Below are positions 30,828 through 41,284 of a stretch of DNA of 64,000 nucleotides, piece by piece. The position numbers were made by a program, and so were the translations under genes. Position 1 is the stretch's first letter. Each line of letters starts with the position of its first letter. Source of the stretch: an uncultured Verrucomicrobiae bacterium (GTDB taxonomy: Bacteria > Verrucomicrobiota > Verrucomicrobiia > Chthoniobacterales > Chthoniobacteraceae); the NCBI GenBank assembly GCA_963769025.1, contig CAVYKI010000003.1, positions 352,001 to 416,000 of the forward strand, read 5' to 3'. Under the pieces are notes generated by a model. That model saw nothing but the letters and a program-made list of their open reading frames with translations, was not told the origin of the DNA and did no database searches.

Positions 30828-31598
30828 ATGTTCACCCGCCGGGATCAGGTCGCCTGTATCGTCGTCGCGATGGCCGTAGCCGGCACTGGGGCCTGTCTCA
30901 CCATGACGGGTTGCGAGGGACTCGACTACTCGGCGCGCTCGGAGGGCACCGGGTTCCAGATCGTGGGAGCCATCGTCGTCCTTGCAAAATACCATGCGAG
31001 CAACCGCCAGAAGGCCGAGGCGGAGGCACGGGCCCGCAGGGCTCTCGCCCAGGCGGCGACACCGGCTCACGAGCGCAGGCGCGCCGCAGCCCAGGCGGAT
31101 TCGAGGAGAAAGATCGCGGCGGTGGAAAAGGATTACAACCGGCGGATTTCGCAGGCGCAACGCGGCCCGGCCGCGGCTGGGACCTCCGCGGCACAGCTCG
31201 AGTCGGAGAAACAAAAAATGCTGGCCAAGCTCGAGGCGGAGCGGGCGGCTGACGAGGCCCTCCGGCTGCAGGAGTTTCGCTCCCTCGCGGGCGGTTCCAC
31301 CGGTGGCCTGCGGATGGGCGACACCCCGGCCTCCTCCGGCGACAGCATGCCGCTCGCGAGTTCGCGCGACACGGAGGCGATGATGGCCTCGGCTGCGGCC
31401 CATTTGCCGAAGTATGTGGCTGTTTCCGTGCCGCCGCAGGGCATCGCCGCCGAGCAGGGCGGCAAGAGCCTGATCATGCTTTGGGATACGCGACGGGGTC
31501 GATTGGTGGACGGAGACGTCCGCGTGCTGGATCGCACGCTCCGCGACGGGGTGGATTTCAAGGTCGATGGGTATACCGCCCGTTACGCCAGCAGGTAA
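30828..31598 (+). CDS. Hypothetical lipoprotein with coiled coil
   Basis: 256 aa. Lipobox MTGC and an A/E/R/K-rich helical middle. Confidence 0.65.
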   Translation: MFTRRDQVACIVVAMAVAGTGACLTMTGCEGLDYSARSEGTGFQIVGAIVVLAKYHASNRQKAEAEARARRALAQAATPAHERRRAAAQADSRRKIAAVEKDYNRRISQAQRGPAAAGTSAAQLESEKQKMLAKLEAERAADEALRLQEFRSLAGGSTGGLRMGDTPASSGDSMPLASSRDTEAMMASAAAHLPKYVAVSVPPQGIAAEQGGKSLIMLWDTRRGRLVDGDVRVLDRTLRDGVDFKVDGYTARYASR

Positions 31599-31743
31599 GT
31601 GCTGAACGTTCGGGAGTGAAACGCCGCGCGGCGTCCGCTTGGAGAAGCCGTGCGATTGTGCGCAAATCCAGCGTCCATGCGCGTTTTACGAGTTTCTCGT
31701 TGCCTGTACGGGGCCCGGATCGCTAGCGTCCCGCTCCGTCCCC

Positions 31744-32559
31744 ATGAAAATCAACGCATCCATCCAATCAGCGGCTCTGGCATTCATCGCAATGGCACTG
31801 CCGGTCCACGCAGGTCACGAAGTCGTCGCTTCCAAGAATCCGGTCGCGCCCGAGACGCAGTACGAAGGCGGCCGCGGCTTGCTGACCATCGAAGGTCCAT
31901 CCGGACTTTTCATCAACCCGACCTCGGGCACCCTTCCGGCGCATGCGTTCACGGCGCAGTATTGCTTTTTCATGCCGAACAACGAGTCATCGCCGGTGAT
32001 CTGGCACGGCGCGATGGTTGCCTACGGCGTCACGGATTGGTTTGAGGTCGGAGCCCTTTTCAGCGCGTTCGATTTCGATCAGCGCAACTTCCGGATCAGC
32101 GATGTCGCCGGTGCCGGTCCGCTGGCCCGCGTGCGTCTGCTCAAGCAGAATGGCCTCATCCCGCAGGTCAGCATCGGCGGCTATGCGCGCTTCGGCGGCA
32201 TCGAAAACTACAGCGCCTTCATCGCCCTCTACGAACGTTTCGAGATCGACCCGAACGGCTTCCTCCGCTCCATCGGCCTGCACGCGGGGTTGCGTGAGAC
32301 GTGGATCGAGAAGGGCCTCACCGAACGGAGCGATGCACCGGTGGGATATTTCGGGCTCGAGTTCCAACTGCCCTACCGCCTCTACCTCGTCGGCGAAATC
32401 TCCACGCAGGACAAGGACTCCCTGGGAGACGAGATCCCGCACGCCTTCGGCATACAATGGCGGGCCGGCGGCGTGAATATCTCGGCGGCTTTCCTGAACA
32501 CCGGCGCGTTCCAGGAGCCCAGCTTCTTCTTCGGGATCGGTTCCCAGCTCAAGTTCTGA
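31744..32559 (+). CDS. Putative outer-membrane beta-barrel protein (YjbH-like)
   Basis: Signal peptide MKINAS...VHA, GPSGLFINPTSGTL, amphipathic strands and a C-terminal FGIGSQLKF. Confidence 0.65.
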   Translation: MKINASIQSAALAFIAMALPVHAGHEVVASKNPVAPETQYEGGRGLLTIEGPSGLFINPTSGTLPAHAFTAQYCFFMPNNESSPVIWHGAMVAYGVTDWFEVGALFSAFDFDQRNFRISDVAGAGPLARVRLLKQNGLIPQVSIGGYARFGGIENYSAFIALYERFEIDPNGFLRSIGLHAGLRETWIEKGLTERSDAPVGYFGLEFQLPYRLYLVGEISTQDKDSLGDEIPHAFGIQWRAGGVNISAAFLNTGAFQEPSFFFGIGSQLKF

Positions 32560-32642
32560 GCCACTGCGAGACGCACGCGTGACTCACCCGGCGTAAACGC
32601 ACCGCAAACATTCGAATTTGCCGGCCGAAGAAAGCCGGCCAC

Positions 32643-35519
32643 CTATTGCGGGCTCTTGCGCAGCCACTCCTCCGCGGCCTTGCTCCCCAGCTTGGCTGCG
32701 TCCTCGATGAGCGCCTTTCCGCGGGTCTGGTTGCGCTCGGCAGGCGGCTTCCCTTCATACATCGCCTTGCCGAGGACGTAGAGGCAGTTGACGTCCCGCA
32801 TCTGCGCTCCGGTTTCCAACGCCTTCAGCGCCTGCTTGTCGTCGCGGTGGACCGGATTGTAGTTGGCGATGAACAGCAGATACGCAGCGCCCGGGAGATT
32901 CTTCTCGACCGCCTTTTCCAAGCCCTTCACCGCCTCCGCGATCTTCGCGGGATCGCGGGAATCCTCCCCCTGTCGCAGCCGCGCTTTCGCCGCGAGGAAA
33001 AACGCCTCCGCATGGCCTTTTGATTCCGCACGGGCGGCAAGGTCGAGCGCCTCTGCGGCATTCTCCGCGACGCCCCGGCCGAATACCAGCGCCTCGCCCA
33101 GCAGGAGCATCGCCTCCGGTTCGCCCGCCTCCACTGCTTCGCGGAGTTTCGCGGTCCCCTTCGCGGCCAATGCCGCATCCGCAGTCTCAAAGCCACGATC
33201 CAGCATCATGCGGCCGACCAGGGCCCGCGCCCTCATGCTGCCGTAGCGATCCGCCAGCGTGTAATCATCGACGCGCGCCTTCTCGTCCGACTCGATGTCC
33301 GCCAGCGCAAGATACGCATCGGCGTTTTTCCATTTGTCCCCGACGTTCCGCAGCACGCCCGCGAGCGGCAGGATATCCGGCGCAGGCAATTTCGCCACTT
33401 GGGCGAGGATTTCGGCCACCTGCGGACGCAGCGCCTCCAGCCAGGCGGGGTTGAGTTCGAGCGTCTCGACCAAAAATTGAAGCGCTTCATCCAGGCGCCC
33501 CTTTCGCCGGGCCTCCTCCGCCAGCAGTTCTCCTTGGAAGCGGTTCGCCTCCAGGCTCCCGGTCCGGGACTCGACCCGCACCACGTCATCCACCAGCCGC
33601 ATGAACTCGATGCTGATCACCATCCGCCTGCCCAGCAATTGCTCGCGCAACCCTCGCAATGCGGCCACGAGTTCCTTTTCAAGCGCGCGGGCCGCCTCGG
33701 GAGTCGCGGTGGCCGCGGTGACATAGGCATCCAGCGCCTCCTCGCCATCGCCCCGCGCGACCGCCTCCGGCATCCGCATCTTGGCGATCAAAAGCAGCCG
33801 CTCGGGAGGCAGGTCCCATTGCGCGGTTTTTTTCTCCAGATTGAGGAGGAACTTCCTCCCCTCCTCCGTCGAGCCGTCCGGGATTGGCCCGTCGGCAAGA
33901 ATCCGGCGGATGGCCTCGGCTGCCAGTTCGGCCAGCTCCCGCTGATGTTTCCGCAGCGCCTCCCCAAATTCCGGCTGCGCCCGCAGGCTCTCGTCCGTCG
34001 TCACGCACCAGTTCAGCAGCGCCTGCCAGTTTTTCTCCGCCCTCGCGCTCCTGCTTTCATCCAGCGCCACCTGCCACTGCTTCTCCCCCGGCAGCGTCCG
34101 GATGTCCACAAACCGCACCTTGATCAAATACGCCGCGACGCCCGCGAGGAGGATCAGCAGCGGCACGCCGATGAACATCCCGAGCGTCCGCCGCTTCCGC
34201 CCGCGTTCCCAATCCGCCAAACGCGTTTCCAAATCATGCCGCAGCGCATCCAGCCGCTCCTCCTCGGCCGCCAGCGTGTCGCCGACCACGCTGCCCGCCG
34301 CCTTTTCCGCCTCGCTCCGCTGCGATTGCCGGAGCTCGGATTCCCGCAGGGCCCGCTCCTCGTCGTGCAGCCGCTTCTGAAGTTCCTCCGCCTCCTTCCG
34401 CAGTTCCTCCACGCGCGCCAGATTCCGCTCCTCTCGCGCCCGGAACTCCGCCTCGCGGGTGCGCAACTCCTCCTCGATTTTCGCATCCCGGCTCGCCAGC
34501 TCGCTGCGCAAAGTCTCCGCCTCGTGCTTTGTGCGCTCCGCTTCCGCCGCGGCCCACGCCTCGATCTCCTGCTCGAGCCGCTGCTGCTCCGCCAGCTTTT
34601 CCTCCAGCAACGCCTGCTGCCGGGCCAGCCCCTGCCGCATCGCCTCCGCCTCGCCCTTTTCCGCGGCAAGCTGTTCCCGGCGCTTGGCTTCCTGCTCTGC
34701 AAAATCCCGCTTCGCCGCATCCAGCACCGCCTTCTCGCGCGCGAGCCAATCCCTTTCCGCAGTCAGCCGCTCGTCCGACTTCAGGCGTTCCACCTCCGCC
34801 TCCAGCTTCGCCCGGCGGTTCTCCAGCTCCCGCATCCGCGAATCCTCCGCCGGGCTCTCCACCAACCCGCTGCTCCCCTGCACCCGCTTCGCCTTCTCCC
34901 CGTCCGGCGGCGTCACCAGCGGCGCCGCACCCGCCGCGCCCACCTCGAAAATTTCCACCGCCTCATCGCAGCCCTTGAAAAGGTACGGCCCGTGCGCCAG
35001 CCACGCCAGTTCCAGCGCCTCCCCGCTGTCCACCTGCGGATGCATCCGCACAAAATGCCGCGCCTCGTCGAACGGCCACCGCGTCAGCAAAATCTGCCCG
35101 CCCACCGCCAGCCCCATCACCCGCGCCACGAGATCCGCCGCCGGCGCGAGCACGTCCGCCTGCCCCAGCGTCGTGATGTCCGCCACTTCGCCCGCGTGGA
35201 TTCCCACCCGCGTCACGATCGGAAAGCCCGGCCAAGCCGCCGTCCGCATCGCATGCTGGAAGCGCAGCGCAAACCGCACCACCGCCGCCACGCTCAGGCT
35301 CCGCGCAAAATACCCGTCCCCCGTGTTCTTGATCAGCGTCAGCTTCTCCTCCGCCGCCAGCTCCTCAAACATCCGGTTGTGCATCTCCGCCACCCGCCGG
35401 TACTCCAGCGCCCCGTGCCGCGCCTTCAGCAACGTCGAATCGCAGATGTCCGTGAACAGCAGCACCGCAAACTGCGTAAGCTCGTCCGGCCTTCTCGGGA
35501 TCGGTGATTCACTGGCCAT
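32643..35519 (-). CDS. Class III adenylate/guanylate cyclase + coiled coil + TM + TPR/Sel1-like repeats
   Basis: LLFTDICDST, IKNTGDGYF, RVGIHAGEV, DLVARV, GQILLT, HGPYLFKG. TM MFIGVPLLILLAGVAAYLI. Sel1-like EAMLLLGEALVFGRGVAEN. Confidence 0.85.
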   Translation of the reverse strand: MASESPIPRRPDELTQFAVLLFTDICDSTLLKARHGALEYRRVAEMHNRMFEELAAEEKLTLIKNTGDGYFARSLSVAAVVRFALRFQHAMRTAAWPGFPIVTRVGIHAGEVADITTLGQADVLAPAADLVARVMGLAVGGQILLTRWPFDEARHFVRMHPQVDSGEALELAWLAHGPYLFKGCDEAVEIFEVGAAGAAPLVTPPDGEKAKRVQGSSGLVESPAEDSRMRELENRRAKLEAEVERLKSDERLTAERDWLAREKAVLDAAKRDFAEQEAKRREQLAAEKGEAEAMRQGLARQQALLEEKLAEQQRLEQEIEAWAAAEAERTKHEAETLRSELASRDAKIEEELRTREAEFRAREERNLARVEELRKEAEELQKRLHDEERALRESELRQSQRSEAEKAAGSVVGDTLAAEEERLDALRHDLETRLADWERGRKRRTLGMFIGVPLLILLAGVAAYLIKVRFVDIRTLPGEKQWQVALDESRSARAEKNWQALLNWCVTTDESLRAQPEFGEALRKHQRELAELAAEAIRRILADGPIPDGSTEEGRKFLLNLEKKTAQWDLPPERLLLIAKMRMPEAVARGDGEEALDAYVTAATATPEAARALEKELVAALRGLREQLLGRRMVISIEFMRLVDDVVRVESRTGSLEANRFQGELLAEEARRKGRLDEALQFLVETLELNPAWLEALRPQVAEILAQVAKLPAPDILPLAGVLRNVGDKWKNADAYLALADIESDEKARVDDYTLADRYGSMRARALVGRMMLDRGFETADAALAAKGTAKLREAVEAGEPEAMLLLGEALVFGRGVAENAAEALDLAARAESKGHAEAFFLAAKARLRQGEDSRDPAKIAEAVKGLEKAVEKNLPGAAYLLFIANYNPVHRDDKQALKALETGAQMRDVNCLYVLGKAMYEGKPPAERNQTRGKALIEDAAKLGSKAAEEWLRKSPQ

Positions 35520-35655
35520 CGCCGCGACACTGAACAGGAATCATCCATCCTTGCAAGACACCCGCACCCCAGCCCTTACGCGCGCACCGCGCCAGCTCCG
35601 CATGGGTTTCACCAGACTTCCCTTCCCGCCCGCGCCCGGGCATCTTCGCCGCGCG

Positions 35656-36290
35656 ATGACCACCGCGAACAAGATCACCATCGGACGGATCCTGATGATC
35701 CCGCTCTTCGTGCTCATGGCGCTCTACTACGGCCGCAGCGTCGCACGCGGACATCCGCGAGGAATGGATGCGCCTCACCGCCATCGCCATTTTCGTCATC
35801 GCCGCGGCGAGCGACGGCATCGATGGCTACATCGCGCGCCGCTACAACCAGCGCAGCCGGCTCGGCACCATCCTCGATCCCATCGCCGACAAGGGCCTGC
35901 TCCTCGCAGGCATCATCACGCTCAGCTTCAGCAACTGGCAGTACGAATTCCCGCTCTGGTTCCCCGTGCTCGTCATCGCCCGCGACATCGCGATCGTCAC
36001 GGGCGTCCTCGCCGTCCATTTCATCAATGGCGACGCCCGCGTGCGGCCGAGCTGGATGGGAAAGACCGCCACCGTCACGCAGATGATCGCCATCGGCTGC
36101 GCGATGCTTTTTCCCGCCAGCGGATGGAAGGCCCCCATCGGCAGACCACGAAGTTGCCATCCTCGACATGCCCGTCTTCGTCGCCGGCTTCTTCACGCTC
36201 CTCTCCGGCCTCTTCTACCTGCGCGACGGCATCCGCCAGCTCCACGCCAAAGGCCACGGCGAACCGGAGCCGCCGGGAAAGGCCAGGTAG
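35656..36290 (+). CDS. pgsA: CDP-alcohol phosphatidyltransferase (PgsA-like; frameshifted)
   Basis: MTTANKITIGRI..., then after a frame change ASDGIDGYIARRYNQRSRLGTILDPIADK (DxxDGxxAR...GxxxDxxxD). Ends at TAG 36290. Confidence 0.8.
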
Positions 36291-36347
36291 GGACGGCTCG
36301 CCGAGCCGTCCCGCGCATCAGGGCGCGTTCGGCGAACACGCCCTGCC
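36287..36347. repeat. GTAG-type REP doublet (inverted pair)
   Basis: GTAG followed by the perfect hairpin GGACGGCTCG-C-CGAGCCGTCC (36287-36311). An inverted variant GCAG-GGCGTGTTCGCCGAACGCGCC lies at about 36321-36347. Confidence 0.75.
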
Positions 36348-36405
36348 AAAGTTTCCCCCGCCGCCGGAGTTGCCCGCCGCACACTTCACCGCTATCCCCG
36401 ACCCC

Positions 36406-39400
36406 ATGCGCACGTTCCTCCTCTCCCTCGCCCTCGCGCTCGCCGCGATTCTTTCCACGCACGCCGCCGAGCCCTTCGAGATCCGCGACGGCGACCGCGT
36501 CCTCTTCCTCGGCGACACGCTCCTCGAACGCGAGGGCACCTACGGCTACCTGGAGACGCGCATGGCCGAGCAGTTCCCCGACCGCAAGTTCACCGTGCGC
36601 AACCTCGCCTTCAGCGCCGACACGCCGCTCGGCTGGTCGCGCGCGTCGTTCGACCCGCCGGCGAAGGGCTTCGAGCGGCTGAAGGAACAGCTCGCGCTCG
36701 TGAAGCCCACGGTCGTCTTCCTCGGCTACGGCATGGCCGCGAGTTTGCAGGAAATGACGGACCGCTCGCAGGACTGGACGCTGAACCGCGACCCCGCCCG
36801 CTACGGCGCCGAGCCGATGAGCGCCGCGCGGTTCAAAAAGGAACTCGCGCAGTGCATGGATGCGATTGAGGAAGTCTCATCGGGCGCGCATCCGGATGGA
36901 ACCGTGGCGAACGCGGCGGACGCGGCGAAGGGAAAAGATGCCGCCAATCCTGCGTCTCCAAATTCTTCTTCCGCCGCGCCCGCCGCGTCCGCCGCGGTTA
37001 AAAAATCCCCCGTCCGCTTCGTCCTGCTCTCGCCGATCGACCATGATGATCTGCGCAAGACGCGTCCAGGAACACCGGACCCGACGGAGCACAACAAGCT
37101 GCTGGAGCAATACAGCAAGGCCATCGAGGAACTGGCGAAGGAACGCGGGGCGCGGTTCGTCTCCCTCGCTAACGACAACAAGGGAACGGGCATGGGATCG
37201 GGTAAGACTGTTTACCTGAATGGAAACCCGCGTCAGTTGCAGTTATTTGACGGACAACGGGATTCACTTGTCTCGCGCTGGCTACTCGCGATTCGGCATG
37301 GTGGTTGCATACCTACTTGGCTGGAACCTCGAAGAATCGCCAATCTCGCGAAGCCCTCCGCGCCGCCATCATCCGCAAGAACGCGCTCTTCTTCCACCGC
37401 TGGCGGCCGGCGAATGAGACCTACCTCTTCGGCTTCCGCAAACGCGAGCAGGGGCAGAACGCCGTCGAGATTCCGAAGTTCGACCCGCTCATCGAAGCCG
37501 CCGAGGCCGAGATCGAGCGGCTGAAGAAGGACCCGTCCGCAAAGCCCGCCGCGGTCGCCGCCGCACCGCAGCCTGCGCCTTTCGTCAGCCAGCCGCACCC
37601 GAGCTTCACCGCTCGCCGATGGACTCGAAATTTCCCTCTGGGCCGAGAACCCGCTCCTCGCGAAACCCACGCAGATGAACTGGGACGCGCAGGGCCGCCT
37701 GTGGGTCGCGAGCAGCGCGATGTATCCGCAGATCGCGCCCGGGCAGGACGCGTTCGACAAAATCCTCGTCCTCGAAGACACCGACCACGACGGCAAGGCC
37801 GAGAAGAGCACCGTCTTTGCCGACGGCCTGCTCATCCCCACCGGCGTCGCGCCCGTGCTCACGCCCGAGGGCCACTGGGCCTGCTACGTCGGCCAGTCCA
37901 CCGAGCTGCTCTACTTCGAGGACACCGATGGCGACGGCAAGGCCGACAAGAAGCGCATCGTCTTCAGCGGATTCGGCACCGAGGACACGCACCACATCGT
38001 CCACACCCTGCGCTGGGGGCCGGATGGACGGCTCTATTTTTCGCAGAGCGTGTACATCCACACGCACATGGAGACGCCGTGGGGCGTCGTGCGCGTGAAC
38101 AGCGGCGGCATCTTCGCCTACGACCCGCGCACCGAGCGGGTGGAGGTCGTTGCCGAAGGGCCTTTGGAACACCTGGGGCCACGCGTGGGACCAATGGGGC
38201 CAGAGCTTCCACACCGATGGCGCGGGCAGCAGCGGCATCTCGTGGGCGATTCCCCGGTGCGATGTTTGCGCCCAGCGAGGGCGCGCGCCGCACGATGCCG
38301 AGCATCAGCCCCGGCAGCTACCCGAAGTTCGCCGGCCTCGAGCTCATCTACAGCCCGCACTTCCCCGCCGACTGGCAGGGCAGCGCCGTCACCTGCGACT
38401 TCCGCGCGCACAAGATCGTGCATTTCAAAATCAACGATCTCGGCGGGGGCGGGCAGACTGGGAGACTGGGAGACAAGGAGACTGGGAGAAAGGCATCCGA
38501 CCCGACCGTCTCCTCTTCTCCCCCTCTCCAAGTCTCCCCGTCTTCCCCAAAGAGCGGCTACGTCACCGAGCAACTCCCCGTGCTCGTGCAGACCGCGACG
38601 CGACCTTCCGCCCCATCGACGTGAAGCTCGGCCCCGACGGCGCGCTCTACATCGCCGACTGGAGCAACCCGATCATCAACCACGGCGAAGTGGACTTCCG
38701 CGACCCGCGCCGCGACCACGAGCACGGCCGCATCTGGCGGCTGAGCAGGAAGGGCGGGGCGGCGGTGAAGTGGGAGCGATCTCAACAAGCTCAGTGGCAA
38801 GGAACTGATCGCAGCAGCTGGACAGCGGCAAAATCTTTGGGCAGAAGCGAAAGCGCGTCGGAAGCGTGTTGATTCAGAAGGCTAGGTGCCGAAGACCTGA
38901 GACGTTGGAGCGCCGTCGAGACTCGATCAGCAAAGGTCACGAGGCGCACGTGCCGCACTGATTTCGACATTGATGTCGAAGCATTTCTGTGATTAAACAT
39001 CGGCAGAGGCAGTCGCGCGCGATCGGTAAACTGCCGATGTCTTCGGTGCCAGTCCGCGCCGGGCGCGCTATTGCGGCACGCAACGTCGTCCAGACGCGCG
39101 GATTCGCGATGGCGAGATGCGCAACGTCGTGCCTCGACGAACTGGAGAACGGATCACCCGATCACGCGCAACAATTATGAAGCGACATGAGACAGTTGGC
39201 AGCATGCCGTCTTCCCGGACGATATCTCCATGAGCGGGTCATCGCCGACGCCACATCCGCGCGTTCGGGTCGAAGCAATGCGCGCGCTCGCCCGCATTCC
39301 CACTCTCGAAAGCGCCTCGCTCATCCTCGACGCCGCGATCAACGCGCCGAAGGACGATCCGCATTACGAGTTCGCCGCGTGGCTTTCCATCAATGACCTC

Positions 39401-41274
39401 GCGGAGGTCTGGACGAAGGCCGTGCTCGCGGGCGAATGCGAAGCCCGAGGGGCGCGAGAAGCAGTTCGAGTTTGCGCTGAATGCCATCGAGCCCGCGCTC
39501 GCCGGGCAGGTGCTCTCGCAGTTCGTGAGCACCGGCCGCGCGCCGCTCGACGGCTCCGGCCCGTGGATCGAACTCATCGGCAACACCGGCGGCCCCGGCG
39601 AACTCCGCCGCCTGCTCGACGGCCTGCTCGCCGCCACCACCCCCGACGGCGACAACATCGAAGCCGCTCGCCGACGCGAAGTACAAATTCAAGGTCGCCC
39701 GGCGCCAATCCCCGCGCCGCCGCCGCGCTCGTCGCCGCCGCCCGCCGCGGCGTAAAGCCCGCGGGCGAAATGCCGCCGGCGCAGCGTTTCTCACCGCACG
39801 CGCCGGACGACGCGCTCGCCCGACGTCGCTCCGCCTCGCCGGCCTGTGGAAGCAGAATGTCCCCGCCGCCATCATCGCCGACGCTCGACACCCGCGCCAG
39901 CGCGCCGGTGCTCGATGCCGCATTCGAGGCGCTGCGCACGCTCGCGCACCCCCGAGGCCGCGGAGCTCCTCGCCGCGTATTTCGACCGCGCACCTGCGGC
40001 GGAAAGCTCGACGACGGCGCTCGTCTGCGCACAGTGCTCCGCGACGCCGGACAACCACCATGCGCCGCCGCGCGCTCCTCGCCCTCGCGCCGCTGCGCCC
40101 CGCCGAGGCGGTGAAGCATCTCGCCCGCGTGCTCGCGCGAGACGCCCGAGCCGCGACCATCCGCAGCTCTGGCGCGACCTTTTCGCCAGCGCGCCATTCG
40201 TGCAGCAGCTTCACGCAGACGATCCCCGCGAACCTCCCGCCCGCATGCCTACGCCACCGCCCTCCGCGCCGCCCGCGAAATGGGCCGCAAGGCGCAGCCG
40301 CTCGCCACAAAGCTCGCGCCGCTCGCCGGCGAAAAGACCGCGCCGCGACCGCGCCCGCCGATTACGCCGACCTCGCCGCCCGCGCGAAAAAGGACGGCGA
40401 CCCCGTGGCCGGCGAAGCGCTCTACCGCCGCACGGCGAGCGCGTGCGTGGCCTGCCACGCCATCGGCGGAGCCGGCGGCAAGCTCGGCCCCGACATGACG
40501 AGCATCGGCGCGAGCGCGCCGGCGGACTACATCATCGAGAGCATCCTGAATCCCGCCGCGAAGGTGAAGGAAGGCTACCACGCGTTTTCCTTCACGATGA
40601 AGGACGGCAGCGAGGCCATCGGCATCCCGTCGCGCGAGACGCCGCAGGAGCAGTTCATCCGCACCCTCGCCGGCGAGCAGGGCCTGCCAAAGGCGAACAT
40701 CGTTTCCAAGAAAATCGCCGAGGGCGGCGCGAGCGGTAGTCTGATGCCCGCCGGCCTCACCGCCGCGTGGAGCGACCGCGAACGGCTGAACCTCTACGCC
40801 TTCCTGATGGAACTCGGCCGCCCCGGCCCCTTCGACGCGAGCAAGAACAACGTCGCCCGCGCATGGCAGCTCACCGACACCGCCCGCACACGCGACGGCG
40901 CATTGAAAGCCGAACGCCGCAGCGTCCATCCCATCCACGCGCGTCCACGCCCGTCCATCTACGCCCACACCCTCGTGGATGGCCGCCTCACGAAGGACCT
41001 CCTCGCCGAAAAACTCGCGATGCTCGCGCCCAAGAACGCCACCGTGCATCTCACCGCGCGCTTCCAAGCCGCATCCTCCGGCAAGGCGAAGCTGAACCTC
41101 ACCGGCATCCGCAAAGCCTGGCTCGACGGCCAGCCCCTCGCCATCGCCAGCGAGCCTTCGCCGACCGTGGACCTGACCGCAGGCGCGCACACCTTCACCG
41201 TGGAAGTGGACACCAAATCCCCGCCCGAAGTCCTGCGCCTCGAATCGCCCGCCGCGTCATTCCTCGGGGACTGA
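36406..41274 (+). CDS. PVC-type heme-binding CxxCH protein: SGNH-like domain + sugar-dehydrogenase-like propeller + HEAT repeats + cytochrome c (many frameshifts)
   Basis: Signal peptide. [113 protein letters not shown]. Confidence 0.88.
36900..36999. repeat. Palindromic CGCGGCGGA-unit element inserted in frame in the CxxCH gene
   Basis: aaccgtggcgaacgcggcggacgcggcgaag (36900-30) pairs with ttccgccgcgcccgccgcgtccgccgcggtt (36969-99), about 26/31. Confidence 0.75.
38455..38547. repeat. Palindromic tandem-octamer (AGACTGGG/AGACAAGG) element inserted in frame in the CxxCH gene
   Basis: agactggg agactggg agacaagg agactggg agaaagg...gtctcctc ttctcccc ctctccaa gtctcccc gtcttccc. Confidence 0.75.
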
Positions 41275-41284
41275 CGAAACCACT

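Noticed and set aside
33399..35507. 702-aa antisense ORF; similar shadows at 19154, 21065, 26899, 28593 and 50356
   Set aside because: Antisense to well-supported genes, no motifs, and expected at this GC content.
34459..37524. 1021-aa plus-strand ORF
   Set aside because: Chimera of an antisense shadow of the cyclase, the pgsA N-terminus and the SGNH domain, joined by frameshifts.
38455..38547. CRISPR array or DGR template/variable repeat
   Set aside because: Units are 8 nt without spacers. No cas or reverse transcriptase gene, and no second near-identical copy seen in the window.
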